Origin: an uncultured bacterium
Lineage (GTDB): Bacteria; CSSED10-310; CAZUFC01
Length of the DNA: 38,308 nucleotides
Direction: 5' to 3'
Assembly: GCA_964619725.1 (NCBI GenBank)
Contig: CAZUFC010000003.1
Span: forward strand, 1-38,308
Part shown: positions 26,629 to 35,788 of the stretch, in pieces
How the letters are laid out: every line of letters starts with the position of its first letter
How positions within the stretch are numbered: the first letter of the stretch is position 1
Program-made: the position numbers and the translations under genes
Notes under the pieces: model-generated
What the model saw: only the letters and a program-made list of their open reading frames with translations
Told to the model about the DNA's origin: nothing
Database searches by the model: none

Positions 26629-29600
26629 ATGAGGATCATCGGTTTCAGTTTAATTTTTTTATTTCTGACGTTTTCAGGCATAGAAGCGGTGCATGGGGAG
26701 TTCGACGAGGAGGGTTCCATAGGGAAAGCAGGGGATGTCGGTTATGAACTGGAGATAGTGCGTAACGACATTGATTCGGAGGTATTGATCCGTGTGGAAG
26801 TAGAGGAGATTACAGTTCGAGAGAAGGTAATAGGCGATAAGATTTTCAGCGTAGTGGAGATACCGGAGGCAGGAAGTCTGATAAAGGCTGGAGAGCCGAT
26901 GTTGCCGGTGATATCCAGGTTGTTTCGGATATCGGATACCCGGGAAGCGCACGTTGATGTCACTCCATTGCGGACGCGTGTAATTGAACTGACGTCGCCG
27001 ATTCTTCCGGGACAGGAGATGGAAATTGAGGATATAAATGAGATCAACAGTTGGGATAAGGGGTTGTATTCGAGGGATGCCGTTTTTCCCGAGGAGCGAT
27101 TGAAGCTGGGGTCGCCCGAAATTTTACGTGATTTGCGTGTTATGCAGGTGAGTTACTGTCCTGTGAGCTATAATGCGGAAAAGAACGAATTAGAGGTAGC
27201 GGAAGAGTATGAGATAAGCATCAGGGCAGGCGAGGAATCGACTGTAAATGTAAAGCGAGGTCCGAAGACGCCGATAACGTCGACCTGGGGGGACTTGTAT
27301 GCGGCAGTGATACCGAATTATGACGAGAGCGAGACGACGCGAGAAGGCGAGGAGCATTATCTGGTAGTGATTCAGAGCGAAATGACTCCTTATCTTCAGG
27401 AATGGCAGCAATGGAAGGAGCAGGAGGGTTTTACAGTTGATGTTATGACGATTAATTATTCGACGAGCGATTCTCAGCTTCGGAACATGATCGTAAGCGA
27501 ATATTTCAGCGTGAACAAGCCTGTTTTCGTGATGCTGGTAGGCCGTGAGCACGAAATACCAGTTCATGACAGTTACTATTCTTATTATTGGCACGGTTCA
27601 CCCTGGAGCGGATATTATACGGATGATTCGTACTATTCCCGTATTGAAGGGACGGATTATCTTCCGGACGTATTTATATCGAGGTTGCCGGGCAAGTATT
27701 CGACGCCGACAATGTTGGAGAGGGCTCTTTACTGGGAGCGGACGCCCAACATGGTTGAGGATTATTATTCGAAGGCACAGATGGCATGTTCGGGATTATA
27801 TGAAAGTCAGCAGACGGTAAAGGAGCAGACGGCGGAGCGTCTGGTGCGGGTGCATAATTTTGAGACGATTTATACGGCTTATGATTGGAATTACAGCACG
27901 AAATCAATATTAATGGGTCATATTGACGATGGAGTATCGATCGTTAATTACCGTGGAGAAGGCTGGACGTCAGGCTGGACGCCAGGGCACGCCTATTCAT
28001 TTACATATAACGATGTGGAAGACCTGAATAATTTAAACAAACCGTTGGTCATATCGAGTATCGGTTGCGGGGTTTGCATGTTCGACAGCGGAATTTGTTT
28101 CGGCGAAGCCTGGATGCGGTTAGGAGATGAAGACGACATAAAGGGTGCGGTCGCCGTATTGGGGCCGACGGGAAATACGCACACCACGTTCAACAACTGG
28201 CTGGATCGCGGGTTGTATCGCGGGCTGGCTTACGACGATCTGTCTTATGTTTCTCAAGCTTTTTTGGCTGGAAAGCTGTATATGAAGGAACGTTTAAGCG
28301 AGTATGATGAGATCGTTGAGATGCAATTCGGCAAATTTCTGCAATTTGGGACTCCAGATACGCGTTACCGGACGATGTATCCGAGGGAACCGGCCTGGGG
28401 ATTCGCCTTTTCGCCTACGAGCATGCTTCGGTATATCTGCGTGAGGACGGCGGAGAACTGGCGTGCGGTAGGCGCCAAGGTTGCCGTGGAACCGGAAGGC
28501 GGCGACAGAGTGATCCTGACGTTGGGCAGCAAAGGCGAAGGATCGCTTGACTGCGCTTACGGGTATGATTCCGTCCCTGTGCATATCGCCGGCTACAATA
28601 TTAAACCGTTTCAGGCTGACTTGAATTTACGCAGCGATACCGGTCGCCTTTTAATCACGGAAGTAAAGCCTGATATTTATACGGACGGGGATTACGGCGA
28701 CATAGTCGAGATTTACAATATGGATTCGCAGTCCATAGACCTGAAGAACATCATCGTCACCGATCTTGACCTTTATGATATTCCCATTACGAAGAATTCT
28801 GCTGTTCTGCAGCCGGGAGACATTGCAGTCATTCATTTTATAGGGCCCCGCGGCGTGGAATCGATTGTTCCGACGATTTACGGGCTGGAAATAAAAAGCC
28901 GTGCTTATCCCGATTTCAATTCTGAAGAAGATCAATGCGTAATCAGGGATGGAGACGGCATTATTCTGGACGGTTTGGCCTGGCATGATGCAGACGGCAT
29001 TCCGGCCACCCGAAACGATTATCGCGATCTTTCAAGATTTACACCGCCGACTTCTTATGTAGGGGTTGCCGACGACGGCTGGTTTGATGCTCCTGACGAC
29101 ACAGGTTCGGAGGAATATGAAATCTATACCATTGACTGGTCGCAGTACGCGGGTATGGATGGCCCCGGTTCGATCCAGCGTATTTCCTATGGAACGCTTG
29201 ACAGCAAAGATAGTTTTGAAGTGCGCGAATTCACCACCTGGGGACTGCTGTCAGCTCCTCCTCATACCCCTACACCCATACCGCCGACAAATACTCCGAC
29301 GAATACCGCCACAGCATCGCCGACGCGCACCCCCACCGGCCTTCCAACCGATACGCCCACACGAACGCCGACTCTTTTCCCCACATGGACCCCTACATAC
29401 ACGGCGACAAAAACGCCGTCTCCCACATTCACGGCAACCAGTATCTATTCTCCCACGCCTTTCATTACTCAACCCCCTTCAATGACTCCAGACGTTACTC
29501 CGGAGCCGACCGGCCCCTCGCCCACGCCCGGAACAATAGGCATACGCCTAGAAATGCCCAAAACAACCTATTACCCCGGCGATATCTGTTTCCTCACCGC

Positions 29601-29898
29601 TACGACCTATAATTACACCGGCAGCGTATATCCCGACGTTCGGATCATGGTGATCCTGGACGTCAATATCGATATTTACTGGTGCTGGCCCAGTTGGGCT
29701 CAGTGTCCTCCCGGATTCGACAGTCTCAGAACAGACATTTATGAAGGCGAGAATCTGCATGACGTCATTGATCCCTTCGAATGGCCGGAAGGAGCCGGCA
29801 GCGCCCTGGACATCCATTTCCATGCCGGAATCGTCAATTACGAGGTCACGAGAATTATCGGGGATATTGATTCTTTTACTTTCAGTTATGCTGAATGA
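26629..29898 (+). CDS. Gingipain-like peptidase C25 family protein: propeptide + C25 domain + lamin-tail-like domain + Pro/Thr linker + conserved C-terminal domain
   Basis: Signal peptide from ATG 26629; propeptide [18 protein letters not shown]...PVSYN; C25 motifs [60 protein letters not shown]-like LLITEV...IVEIYN...IDL...LQPGD. Confidence 0.88.
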   Translation: MRIIGFSLIFLFLTFSGIEAVHGEFDEEGSIGKAGDVGYELEIVRNDIDSEVLIRVEVEEITVREKVIGDKIFSVVEIPEAGSLIKAGEPMLPVISRLFRISDTREAHVDVTPLRTRVIELTSPILPGQEMEIEDINEINSWDKGLYSRDAVFPEERLKLGSPEILRDLRVMQVSYCPVSYNAEKNELEVAEEYEISIRAGEESTVNVKRGPKTPITSTWGDLYAAVIPNYDESETTREGEEHYLVVIQSEMTPYLQEWQQWKEQEGFTVDVMTINYSTSDSQLRNMIVSEYFSVNKPVFVMLVGREHEIPVHDSYYSYYWHGSPWSGYYTDDSYYSRIEGTDYLPDVFISRLPGKYSTPTMLERALYWERTPNMVEDYYSKAQMACSGLYESQQTVKEQTAERLVRVHNFETIYTAYDWNYSTKSILMGHIDDGVSIVNYRGEGWTSGWTPGHAYSFTYNDVEDLNNLNKPLVISSIGCGVCMFDSGICFGEAWMRLGDEDDIKGAVAVLGPTGNTHTTFNNWLDRGLYRGLAYDDLSYVSQAFLAGKLYMKERLSEYDEIVEMQFGKFLQFGTPDTRYRTMYPREPAWGFAFSPTSMLRYICVRTAENWRAVGAKVAVEPEGGDRVILTLGSKGEGSLDCAYGYDSVPVHIAGYNIKPFQADLNLRSDTGRLLITEVKPDIYTDGDYGDIVEIYNMDSQSIDLKNIIVTDLDLYDIPITKNSAVLQPGDIAVIHFIGPRGVESIVPTIYGLEIKSRAYPDFNSEEDQCVIRDGDGIILDGLAWHDADGIPATRNDYRDLSRFTPPTSYVGVADDGWFDAPDDTGSEEYEIYTIDWSQYAGMDGPGSIQRISYGTLDSKDSFEVREFTTWGLLSAPPHTPTPIPPTNTPTNTATASPTRTPTGLPTDTPTRTPTLFPTWTPTYTATKTPSPTFTATSIYSPTPFITQPPSMTPDVTPEPTGPSPTPGTIGIRLEMPKTTYYPGDICFLTATTYNYTGSVYPDVRIMVILDVNIDIYWCWPSWAQCPPGFDSLRTDIYEGENLHDVIDPFEWPEGAGSALDIHFHAGIVNYEVTRIIGDIDSFTFSYAE
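29257..29532 (+). repeat. Pro/Thr-rich low-complexity linker
   Basis: [39 protein letters not shown]...PSPTPG. Confidence 0.85.
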
Positions 29899-30213
29899 AC
29901 CGGATATTTTAGGAATTTAGACGGTTTTTTTCTGAAATACAGCTTATAAAGAACACATTCCTGTGCTTACAGTCATCTGTCGGTGCGTTCCAGCGTTCTG
30001 GATTGTAAAAATAATATCACTCTGGTGTATTCCTGCCTTGCTTTTCAGTCTTGCATCAGCAGCGCTTTAATCCGGACATTGGGTGACGGATTGGAAATAT
30101 CCGGATTGAACAGGCTTGCAGAAGCAAAGATTGCCTGTTATAAGAATAATAATCTGAAGTCTTGGTTTTTAAGACTTTCAGGATTGATTGAAATACTGCA
30201 AAGAGGTGAAAAG

Positions 30214-32139
30214 GTGAAAAAAAAGCTTTTGAATCCGGTCATTTTATTATTAAGTCTGCTTATAATTTTGCAGGATTTATGTCTGGCTGAGGAACCGGCT
30301 GTTCATATAACCATGCCGCCGATAATTATTTCCGCGAGCCGCATACCGATCAGGCTGGAGGAAGCGCCGGCGAATATCGAGGTGATAGATGGAGAGACTA
30401 TCGAATCATTGGCCCCGGTCGGCATAGTGGATACTCTGCGGCGTGTTCCCGGACTCCATATCGATCAGCCCGGCGGCGAAGGCGCACGAAGTTCTGTTTA
30501 CATGCGCGGCGCTGATCCCAATTATATTCTGATCCTGGTGGACGGGATTAAAGTTAACGATCCGACCGATGCTGACGGAGGGGCGTTTGATTTTTCTTCG
30601 GTCGATGTGAGGGACGTCGAGAGGATAGAGATTCTGGAGGGGCCGTTGTCGTCAGTTTACGGTTCCGAAGCCGTTGCAGGAGCGATAAACATAATCACCA
30701 GATCGGGAGAAAAGGATTTCGGTTTTGGAGCAGAGATAGGAGTCGGAACAGATGAGTATTATCATGGTGATGCATTCATTGAAGGCGGTTTGTTTGAGAA
30801 CGCCGGTTACAATCTGGATTTCGGGTTGCTCGACGCCGGTGAACAGGTTCCAGGCGATTCGTTTACAGGATATAACATTAACGGTAAAATCGGGTCGCTT
30901 TCAGACGATAAAAACCGGTGGAATGCCCTAATCCGATACAGCGACAGCAGCAGCGAAACTTATCCCGACGACAGCGGAGGACCTGAATATGCGGTTATTG
31001 AGGAGGTTGAATCAAGAGAGTCTGAGGCAGCGGTCGCCGGGGTGGAATATCAGCGTGAACTTTTTTCCCGTTTCACCTTTAAGCTCAAGGGGAACTGGTT
31101 CAATCGCAAGAGTGAAATCGATTCTCCCGGAGTAGCGCCGGGTGAACGGGACCCCATGGGTATCCCCGCGAGTTATTATGAAAACAGTCTGAATCGCCTG
31201 AATTTATCCGCCTATGGTTATGCTGTTCTGAATCAATACCTTAGGGCGGGGCTCGGCGCCGATTTCGAACAGGAAGAGGGCGAAAGCGACGGATATCTGA
31301 TGTTCGGGGAATATGAATCGCCCATTGAGTTCGACCTGGACCGCTCCATCACAGGTGTTTTTACCGAATTAACTTTCATTTTTCACGACGTTTTGAATGT
31401 CAGGGCCGCCCTGCGCGCCGACAGTCCGGAAGATTTCGACGTCCAATGGAGTCCGGGCATAGGGGCGATGTGGAAAATAAACGCCACGGATACTACTCTG
31501 AAATTCAATTGGGGACGAGGATTCAAACTGCCCAGTTTTTACGCTTTGGGAAATCCGATCGTGGGGAATGAGGACCTGGACCCCGAAAGAAGTCAAAGCT
31601 TTGATTTCGGTTTGCAGCAGAAGTTCATCGATGAAAGATTAATGTTGGGCGCTGGGCTATTTCATAATACCTTTTATGATGCAATCGATTTTGAGGAGGG
31701 TCCGCCGCCGAGACTGGTCAACCGCTCGGAAATAACGTCAGAGGGTTTTGAACTGGAAGCTGCTGTGCATTTCGGCGATAAACTGATGATCAGCACGCAT
31801 TATTCTTATGCGGCAACCGATATAAAGGATACCGAAGAAGAGCTGCGCAACCGTCCGGAAAAAAGAGGCGGCCTGGATATCGATTGGAATATGACGAAAA
31901 ACATTTCAATGGCTATGGCCGTGACCTATGTAGGTGAAATCTTGGATTCTTCCATACCCACCGGTGATGTAATGCTGGACGATTACATGCGAACCGACCT
32001 GGCCGCATCCTGGAACATTTCCAAAGTTTGGAAAGCAACCCTGGCTGTCGATAACCTGTTCGATGAAGATTACCAGGAAGCCGTCGGCTTTCCCGCTCCT
32101 GGCATCACTCCACGGTTGAGCCTGGCATTCAGACAATAA
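30214..32139 (+). CDS. TonB-dependent outer membrane receptor (BtuB/CirA-like); substrate unknown
   Basis: Start reassigned to GTG 30214 (SD GAGGTG, signal KKKLLNPVILLLSLL); plug motifs IIISASR, LRRVPGL, VYMRG, LILVDG, VERIEILEGPLSSVYGSEAVAGAINIIT; barrel GFKLPSF, GNEDLDPERS, VDNLFDEDY. Confidence 0.92.
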   Translation: MKKKLLNPVILLLSLLIILQDLCLAEEPAVHITMPPIIISASRIPIRLEEAPANIEVIDGETIESLAPVGIVDTLRRVPGLHIDQPGGEGARSSVYMRGADPNYILILVDGIKVNDPTDADGGAFDFSSVDVRDVERIEILEGPLSSVYGSEAVAGAINIITRSGEKDFGFGAEIGVGTDEYYHGDAFIEGGLFENAGYNLDFGLLDAGEQVPGDSFTGYNINGKIGSLSDDKNRWNALIRYSDSSSETYPDDSGGPEYAVIEEVESRESEAAVAGVEYQRELFSRFTFKLKGNWFNRKSEIDSPGVAPGERDPMGIPASYYENSLNRLNLSAYGYAVLNQYLRAGLGADFEQEEGESDGYLMFGEYESPIEFDLDRSITGVFTELTFIFHDVLNVRAALRADSPEDFDVQWSPGIGAMWKINATDTTLKFNWGRGFKLPSFYALGNPIVGNEDLDPERSQSFDFGLQQKFIDERLMLGAGLFHNTFYDAIDFEEGPPPRLVNRSEITSEGFELEAAVHFGDKLMISTHYSYAATDIKDTEEELRNRPEKRGGLDIDWNMTKNISMAMAVTYVGEILDSSIPTGDVMLDDYMRTDLAASWNISKVWKATLAVDNLFDEDYQEAVGFPAPGITPRLSLAFRQ

Positions 32140-32283
32140 ATATAAGCAGCGGAGAGTCCTGAGCCTTTCATATCTTGATTCAGATGAGATGCGCGTAACG
32201 AAATGCGCTAATCTTTTCCTTTTCCATTTATTTTTTACCGGCTTGTTATTATGATAGGATGAACAGAGCAGGAGGAATCGATT

Positions 32284-33576
32284 ATGGCTTCAACGTTGGA
32301 AGATGCCTACAGGAATTTGCGGATTGACCAGCCGCTGGAGAGAGACCACCAGCTTCTGTGTACGGACCTGTTCAGCGATTTGATAAAGTCCATCACGAAA
32401 AAATTGGAGCTGGAAGTGGGGGAAGATTCTAAAATCCTGCTTTCCGGCCATACCGGTTGCGGCAAATCCACTTTTCTGAACTACCTTCAAGGGGAAGAAA
32501 CAGTTTCTGAAAATTATTTCGTTATTAAATACAGCATAGGTGAAATTCTGAATCCGGAGGACATTACGCATGTTGATATTTTATTGAGTATAGGATTGAA
32601 TGCTCTCGAAATCGCCGGAAAAAGAAAACTGAAATTCAGAAAAAGACTTGATAAGGAAATAAAAGACCTCGCAAAACTGATCCTGAGAGAAAAAGAAATT
32701 ACACATATTACGAGTTCTGATAAGAAAGCGGAAGTCGAATCTTCTCTGTCGGCCGGAACTCCTCGTCTGCTTCAGTTTCTTGCCGCTAAATTCCGGGCAT
32801 CTTTCAAGGCGGATAAAACAGTCAGAAAAGAGACGCGGGAGAGAATTAAAGGAAAAACGCAGGATTTAATCAGCAATATAAACGCAATTTTGTCGGAAAT
32901 ACAAAAGGAAGCCGGAGCGCCGGCCCTCCTGTTAATGGACGACACCGACAAGCTTCTTCCGCCTCAATCTCAGGAAATCTTTTACGTCAACGGACAGGAC
33001 TTAGCTCAAATAAGAGCCTCTGCTATATTCGTGGTTAATATGGATGTGGTCTGTTCGGGAAAATATCCTGCTATTTTGAACAAAATCGGTTTTGGAGAAA
33101 CCTTTCCGGCTTTAAAAGTATTGAATCGCAATGCTGAAGCCTCTCCTGACACTCAGAAATACAGAAGCATCATATCTCGTATATTCAAAAAACGTATCAA
33201 TCCAAAACTGATGTCGGACGAAGTACTGGAATCCTTGATCTTGCTTAGCGGAGGTATTGTTCGGGAGGCTGTTCGGATTGCAAATTATGCCGTCTTTCAC
33301 GCTCTCGTTAACGACAAAACAACTCTGGACAAGACGGATGTGCAATCCGCCGTTACGAAACGAAGAAATGAGCATAATTTGACGAAAGAGAAATACGAAA
33401 TACTGAGGGAAATTCTGGAACAACCCGAATGGATGCCTGACGAGGACCAGTCAGTGGAAAAAGAGAATTCTCCGTTTCTGGAATTAATCAACTCGCTTGC
33501 CTTAATTGAGTATAGAAACGAGGAGGATAAGTGGCGAAGACCCCATCCGGTCCTGGTAGAAATTTTAAAAAAATAG
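32284..33576 (+). CDS. P-loop ATPase (AAA+/STAND-related), uncharacterised
   Basis: SD AGGAGG; Walker A GHTGCGKS, Walker B LLLMDDTDK, LSGGIVRE motif, winged-helix-like C-terminus ALIEYRN...HPVL. Confidence 0.85.
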   Translation: MASTLEDAYRNLRIDQPLERDHQLLCTDLFSDLIKSITKKLELEVGEDSKILLSGHTGCGKSTFLNYLQGEETVSENYFVIKYSIGEILNPEDITHVDILLSIGLNALEIAGKRKLKFRKRLDKEIKDLAKLILREKEITHITSSDKKAEVESSLSAGTPRLLQFLAAKFRASFKADKTVRKETRERIKGKTQDLISNINAILSEIQKEAGAPALLLMDDTDKLLPPQSQEIFYVNGQDLAQIRASAIFVVNMDVVCSGKYPAILNKIGFGETFPALKVLNRNAEASPDTQKYRSIISRIFKKRINPKLMSDEVLESLILLSGGIVREAVRIANYAVFHALVNDKTTLDKTDVQSAVTKRRNEHNLTKEKYEILREILEQPEWMPDEDQSVEKENSPFLELINSLALIEYRNEEDKWRRPHPVLVEILKK

Positions 33577-35633
33577 ACTCCCTCAGTTCCCTTTCGCCGG
33601 TCGACAAGCTGGAATTGCTCGAATTGAAAAAGGCGATGGAACTGCATAGTGAAGGCGGCGGATTGATCCTCGTCGATATCAGGGATAAAGAGCTTCTCGA
33701 TAAAATATTAGAATCTCTCGACGTATCGAATGATGATGTTTTACAGGTGTCAGAAAAACTGACCGATCCCCTGGCCTTGTTGTACCATAGAAAAAATGAA
33801 CAAATAAATATTGTTGTAGGCGTGGAAGACCTGGATGAACTTACTCGACATAAGGTTTTAAGAAGATTAAATACGCGGAGAGAAGTCATACCTGATAACA
33901 ATATTCTGTGCGTATGCTGGTTGGTTAAACCCTGGTACGACTATGTCAGAGAAAGGGCAAAAGATTTCTGGGCGTTCCGGGCTCATTCCTTTCGTTTCGC
34001 AGGGCGCCCCGAATTCGATGAAAAAGAATCCTCCTTATGGAAGAATATTAGCGATAAATTAAGCAGAATGGAGGAAAGACATAAGGAATTGATTGAGGAT
34101 AAAAGTGCACGACCCGTAGAAATAGCCTTATCGTGGCTGGAGATCGGGGATTTCTGCCGCAAATACGGTTTTTATGATAAAGCGGGAAAAGCGTACAAAG
34201 AATCTGTCGCCTTTTTTAGAAAATCAGGCAAAAAAATTAAGGCCATGATTTTCGCGCATCTCGGATTGGGGTTCGTATGTTTCATCAAAGGCAATATTGA
34301 CGAAGCAGAAAGAAATGCGTTAAAGGCGCTGGTAATCAGCATTGATCTCAATGATAAATTGGGTGAAGGCAGTGCGTTGAACGACATCGGTAAAATTCTC
34401 GTTATTCATGGAAAATACGAGGAGGCATTAACCAATTACGAAGCGGCATTAGAGATATTTCAGAAGTTTGGTCATAGAAGCGGCGAAGGTAAGATTCTGA
34501 ACAACATCGGTGAGATATATCGAGCCCGCGGAGACTACGACAAAGCGTTAGAATATTTGGAGAGATCGTTGGCGATCAGTCGTCAGATCGGTGACAGAAG
34601 CGGTGAGGGTACCACGTTGAACAATATCGGTGAGATATATCAAGCCCTCGGAGACTACGACAAAGCGTTAGAATATTTGGAGAGATCGTTGACTATCAGT
34701 CGTCAAATCGGGGATAGAAGCAACGAATTGAGACCGCTGAACAATATGAGTGAGATATATCGAGTTCGCGGGGACAATGATAGGGCGCTTGAGTATCTGG
34801 AGAGCGCATTGACTATCAGTCGTCAGATCGGGGATAAAATCGGCGAAGGGACAACGCTGAATAATATCAGCCTGATTTATTATGCCAAAGGCGCTTACGA
34901 CAAGGCGCTTGAATATTTGGAGCAGTCATTGGCGATCAGTCGTCAGATCGGGGATAAAATCGGCGAAGGAACCGCACTGCACAATATCAGCCGGGTTTTT
35001 TATGCCGAAGGGGACTACGACAAAGCGCTTGAATATTTGGAGCAGTCATTGGCGATCAGTCGTTGGATCGGGGATAGAAGCGGCGAAGGCGCTACGCTGA
35101 ATAATATCAGCCAGATTTATGATGCCAAGGGCGCATATGATAAGGCTTTTGAATATTTGGAGCAGTCATTGATGATCAGTCGTCAGATAGGCGATAGAAA
35201 AGGTGAAGGAACCGTGCTGAACAATATGAGTGAAATATATCGTGATCAAGGGAATTACGACGAGGCGATGGAATATTCGGAGCAGGCTTTACAGCTTCAT
35301 CGTCAGATCGGCTATAAACGAGGGGAAAGCTTGGTTTTGCATAACATGGGTCTTGTTTACGCAGCTCTGGGAGATGATGAATCTGCGCTCGCCTATTTGG
35401 GCGAAGCTTTGAAAATCGCAAACGTGATCGGCGAAATCCCACAGGAGACGGTAACGCGTTTAAAGATGTCTCAGATATTTGAAAAAAAAAGAGACATAAA
35501 GAAAGCGATTAATGAGGCGGAGAAAGCCGTTGAGCTGGCCCGAAAGATCAAATATCCGAAGATTGAAGAATTTGTAAGTTATTTGAAGAAATTACGCGGG
35601 AATTCAGAAAATTATTTTTTCTCACAGCATTGA
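33531..35633 (+). CDS. TPR-array protein with N-terminal alpha/beta domain resembling an inactive P-loop domain
   Basis: Overlaps the ATPase gene by 46 nt (GTG start, AGGAGG only 4 nt upstream); N-domain GGLILVD...RLNTRRE...CWL...AKDFWAFRAHSFRF; then 40-aa TPR units GDRSGEGTTLNNIGEIY...GDYDKALEYLERSLAISRQI. Confidence 0.85.
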   Translation: MAKTPSGPGRNFKKIDSLSSLSPVDKLELLELKKAMELHSEGGGLILVDIRDKELLDKILESLDVSNDDVLQVSEKLTDPLALLYHRKNEQINIVVGVEDLDELTRHKVLRRLNTRREVIPDNNILCVCWLVKPWYDYVRERAKDFWAFRAHSFRFAGRPEFDEKESSLWKNISDKLSRMEERHKELIEDKSARPVEIALSWLEIGDFCRKYGFYDKAGKAYKESVAFFRKSGKKIKAMIFAHLGLGFVCFIKGNIDEAERNALKALVISIDLNDKLGEGSALNDIGKILVIHGKYEEALTNYEAALEIFQKFGHRSGEGKILNNIGEIYRARGDYDKALEYLERSLAISRQIGDRSGEGTTLNNIGEIYQALGDYDKALEYLERSLTISRQIGDRSNELRPLNNMSEIYRVRGDNDRALEYLESALTISRQIGDKIGEGTTLNNISLIYYAKGAYDKALEYLEQSLAISRQIGDKIGEGTALHNISRVFYAEGDYDKALEYLEQSLAISRWIGDRSGEGATLNNISQIYDAKGAYDKAFEYLEQSLMISRQIGDRKGEGTVLNNMSEIYRDQGNYDEAMEYSEQALQLHRQIGYKRGESLVLHNMGLVYAALGDDESALAYLGEALKIANVIGEIPQETVTRLKMSQIFEKKRDIKKAINEAEKAVELARKIKYPKIEEFVSYLKKLRGNSENYFFSQH
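34350..35429 (+). repeat. Nine tandem 120-nt (40-aa) TPR repeats, central units highly similar at DNA level
   Basis: Units start at 34350, 34470, 34590, 34710, 34830, 34950, 35070, 35190, 35310; ATCAGTCGTCAGATCGG and GAATATTTGGAG recur at exact 120-nt period. Confidence 0.92.
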
Positions 35634-35724
35634 CTGAAATTTCAAGAGGGCGCATATTATTCCGCCCCTATTCGATTCCTTGTCCGGTCGCTTAAATCTG
35701 TTAAATCCTTTCAGGTTTTTACAA

Positions 35725-35760
35725 TAAAAAATCGCCGGAAAAATTTCCGGCGATTTTTTA
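35725..35760. terminator. Bidirectional intrinsic terminator
   Basis: Perfect 17-bp inverted repeat TAAAAAATCGCCGGAAA-AA-TTTCCGGCGATTTTTTA between convergent genes. Confidence 0.88.
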
Positions 35761-35788
35761 ATTTAATTTTTTTCCGTCATGTCCTGCA

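Noticed and set aside
29900-30213. Cobalamin riboswitch ahead of the BtuB-like receptor, and the track's 77-aa N-terminal extension
   Set aside because: No B12-box or GGGAA...GCCACTG core visible; the extension precedes a good SD and signal peptide, so it is likely non-coding.
34350-35429. Regular repeats as a CRISPR array or DGR template/variable pair
   Set aside because: Period is exactly 120 nt in frame with TPR units, there are no unique spacers, no cas or reverse transcriptase genes, and differences are not adenine-specific.
35645-35671. GTAG-type REP-like hairpin (minus strand ATAGGGGCGGAATAATATGCGCCCTCT)
   Set aside because: Single degenerate copy with no RAYT/IS200 transposase nearby; cannot be supported.
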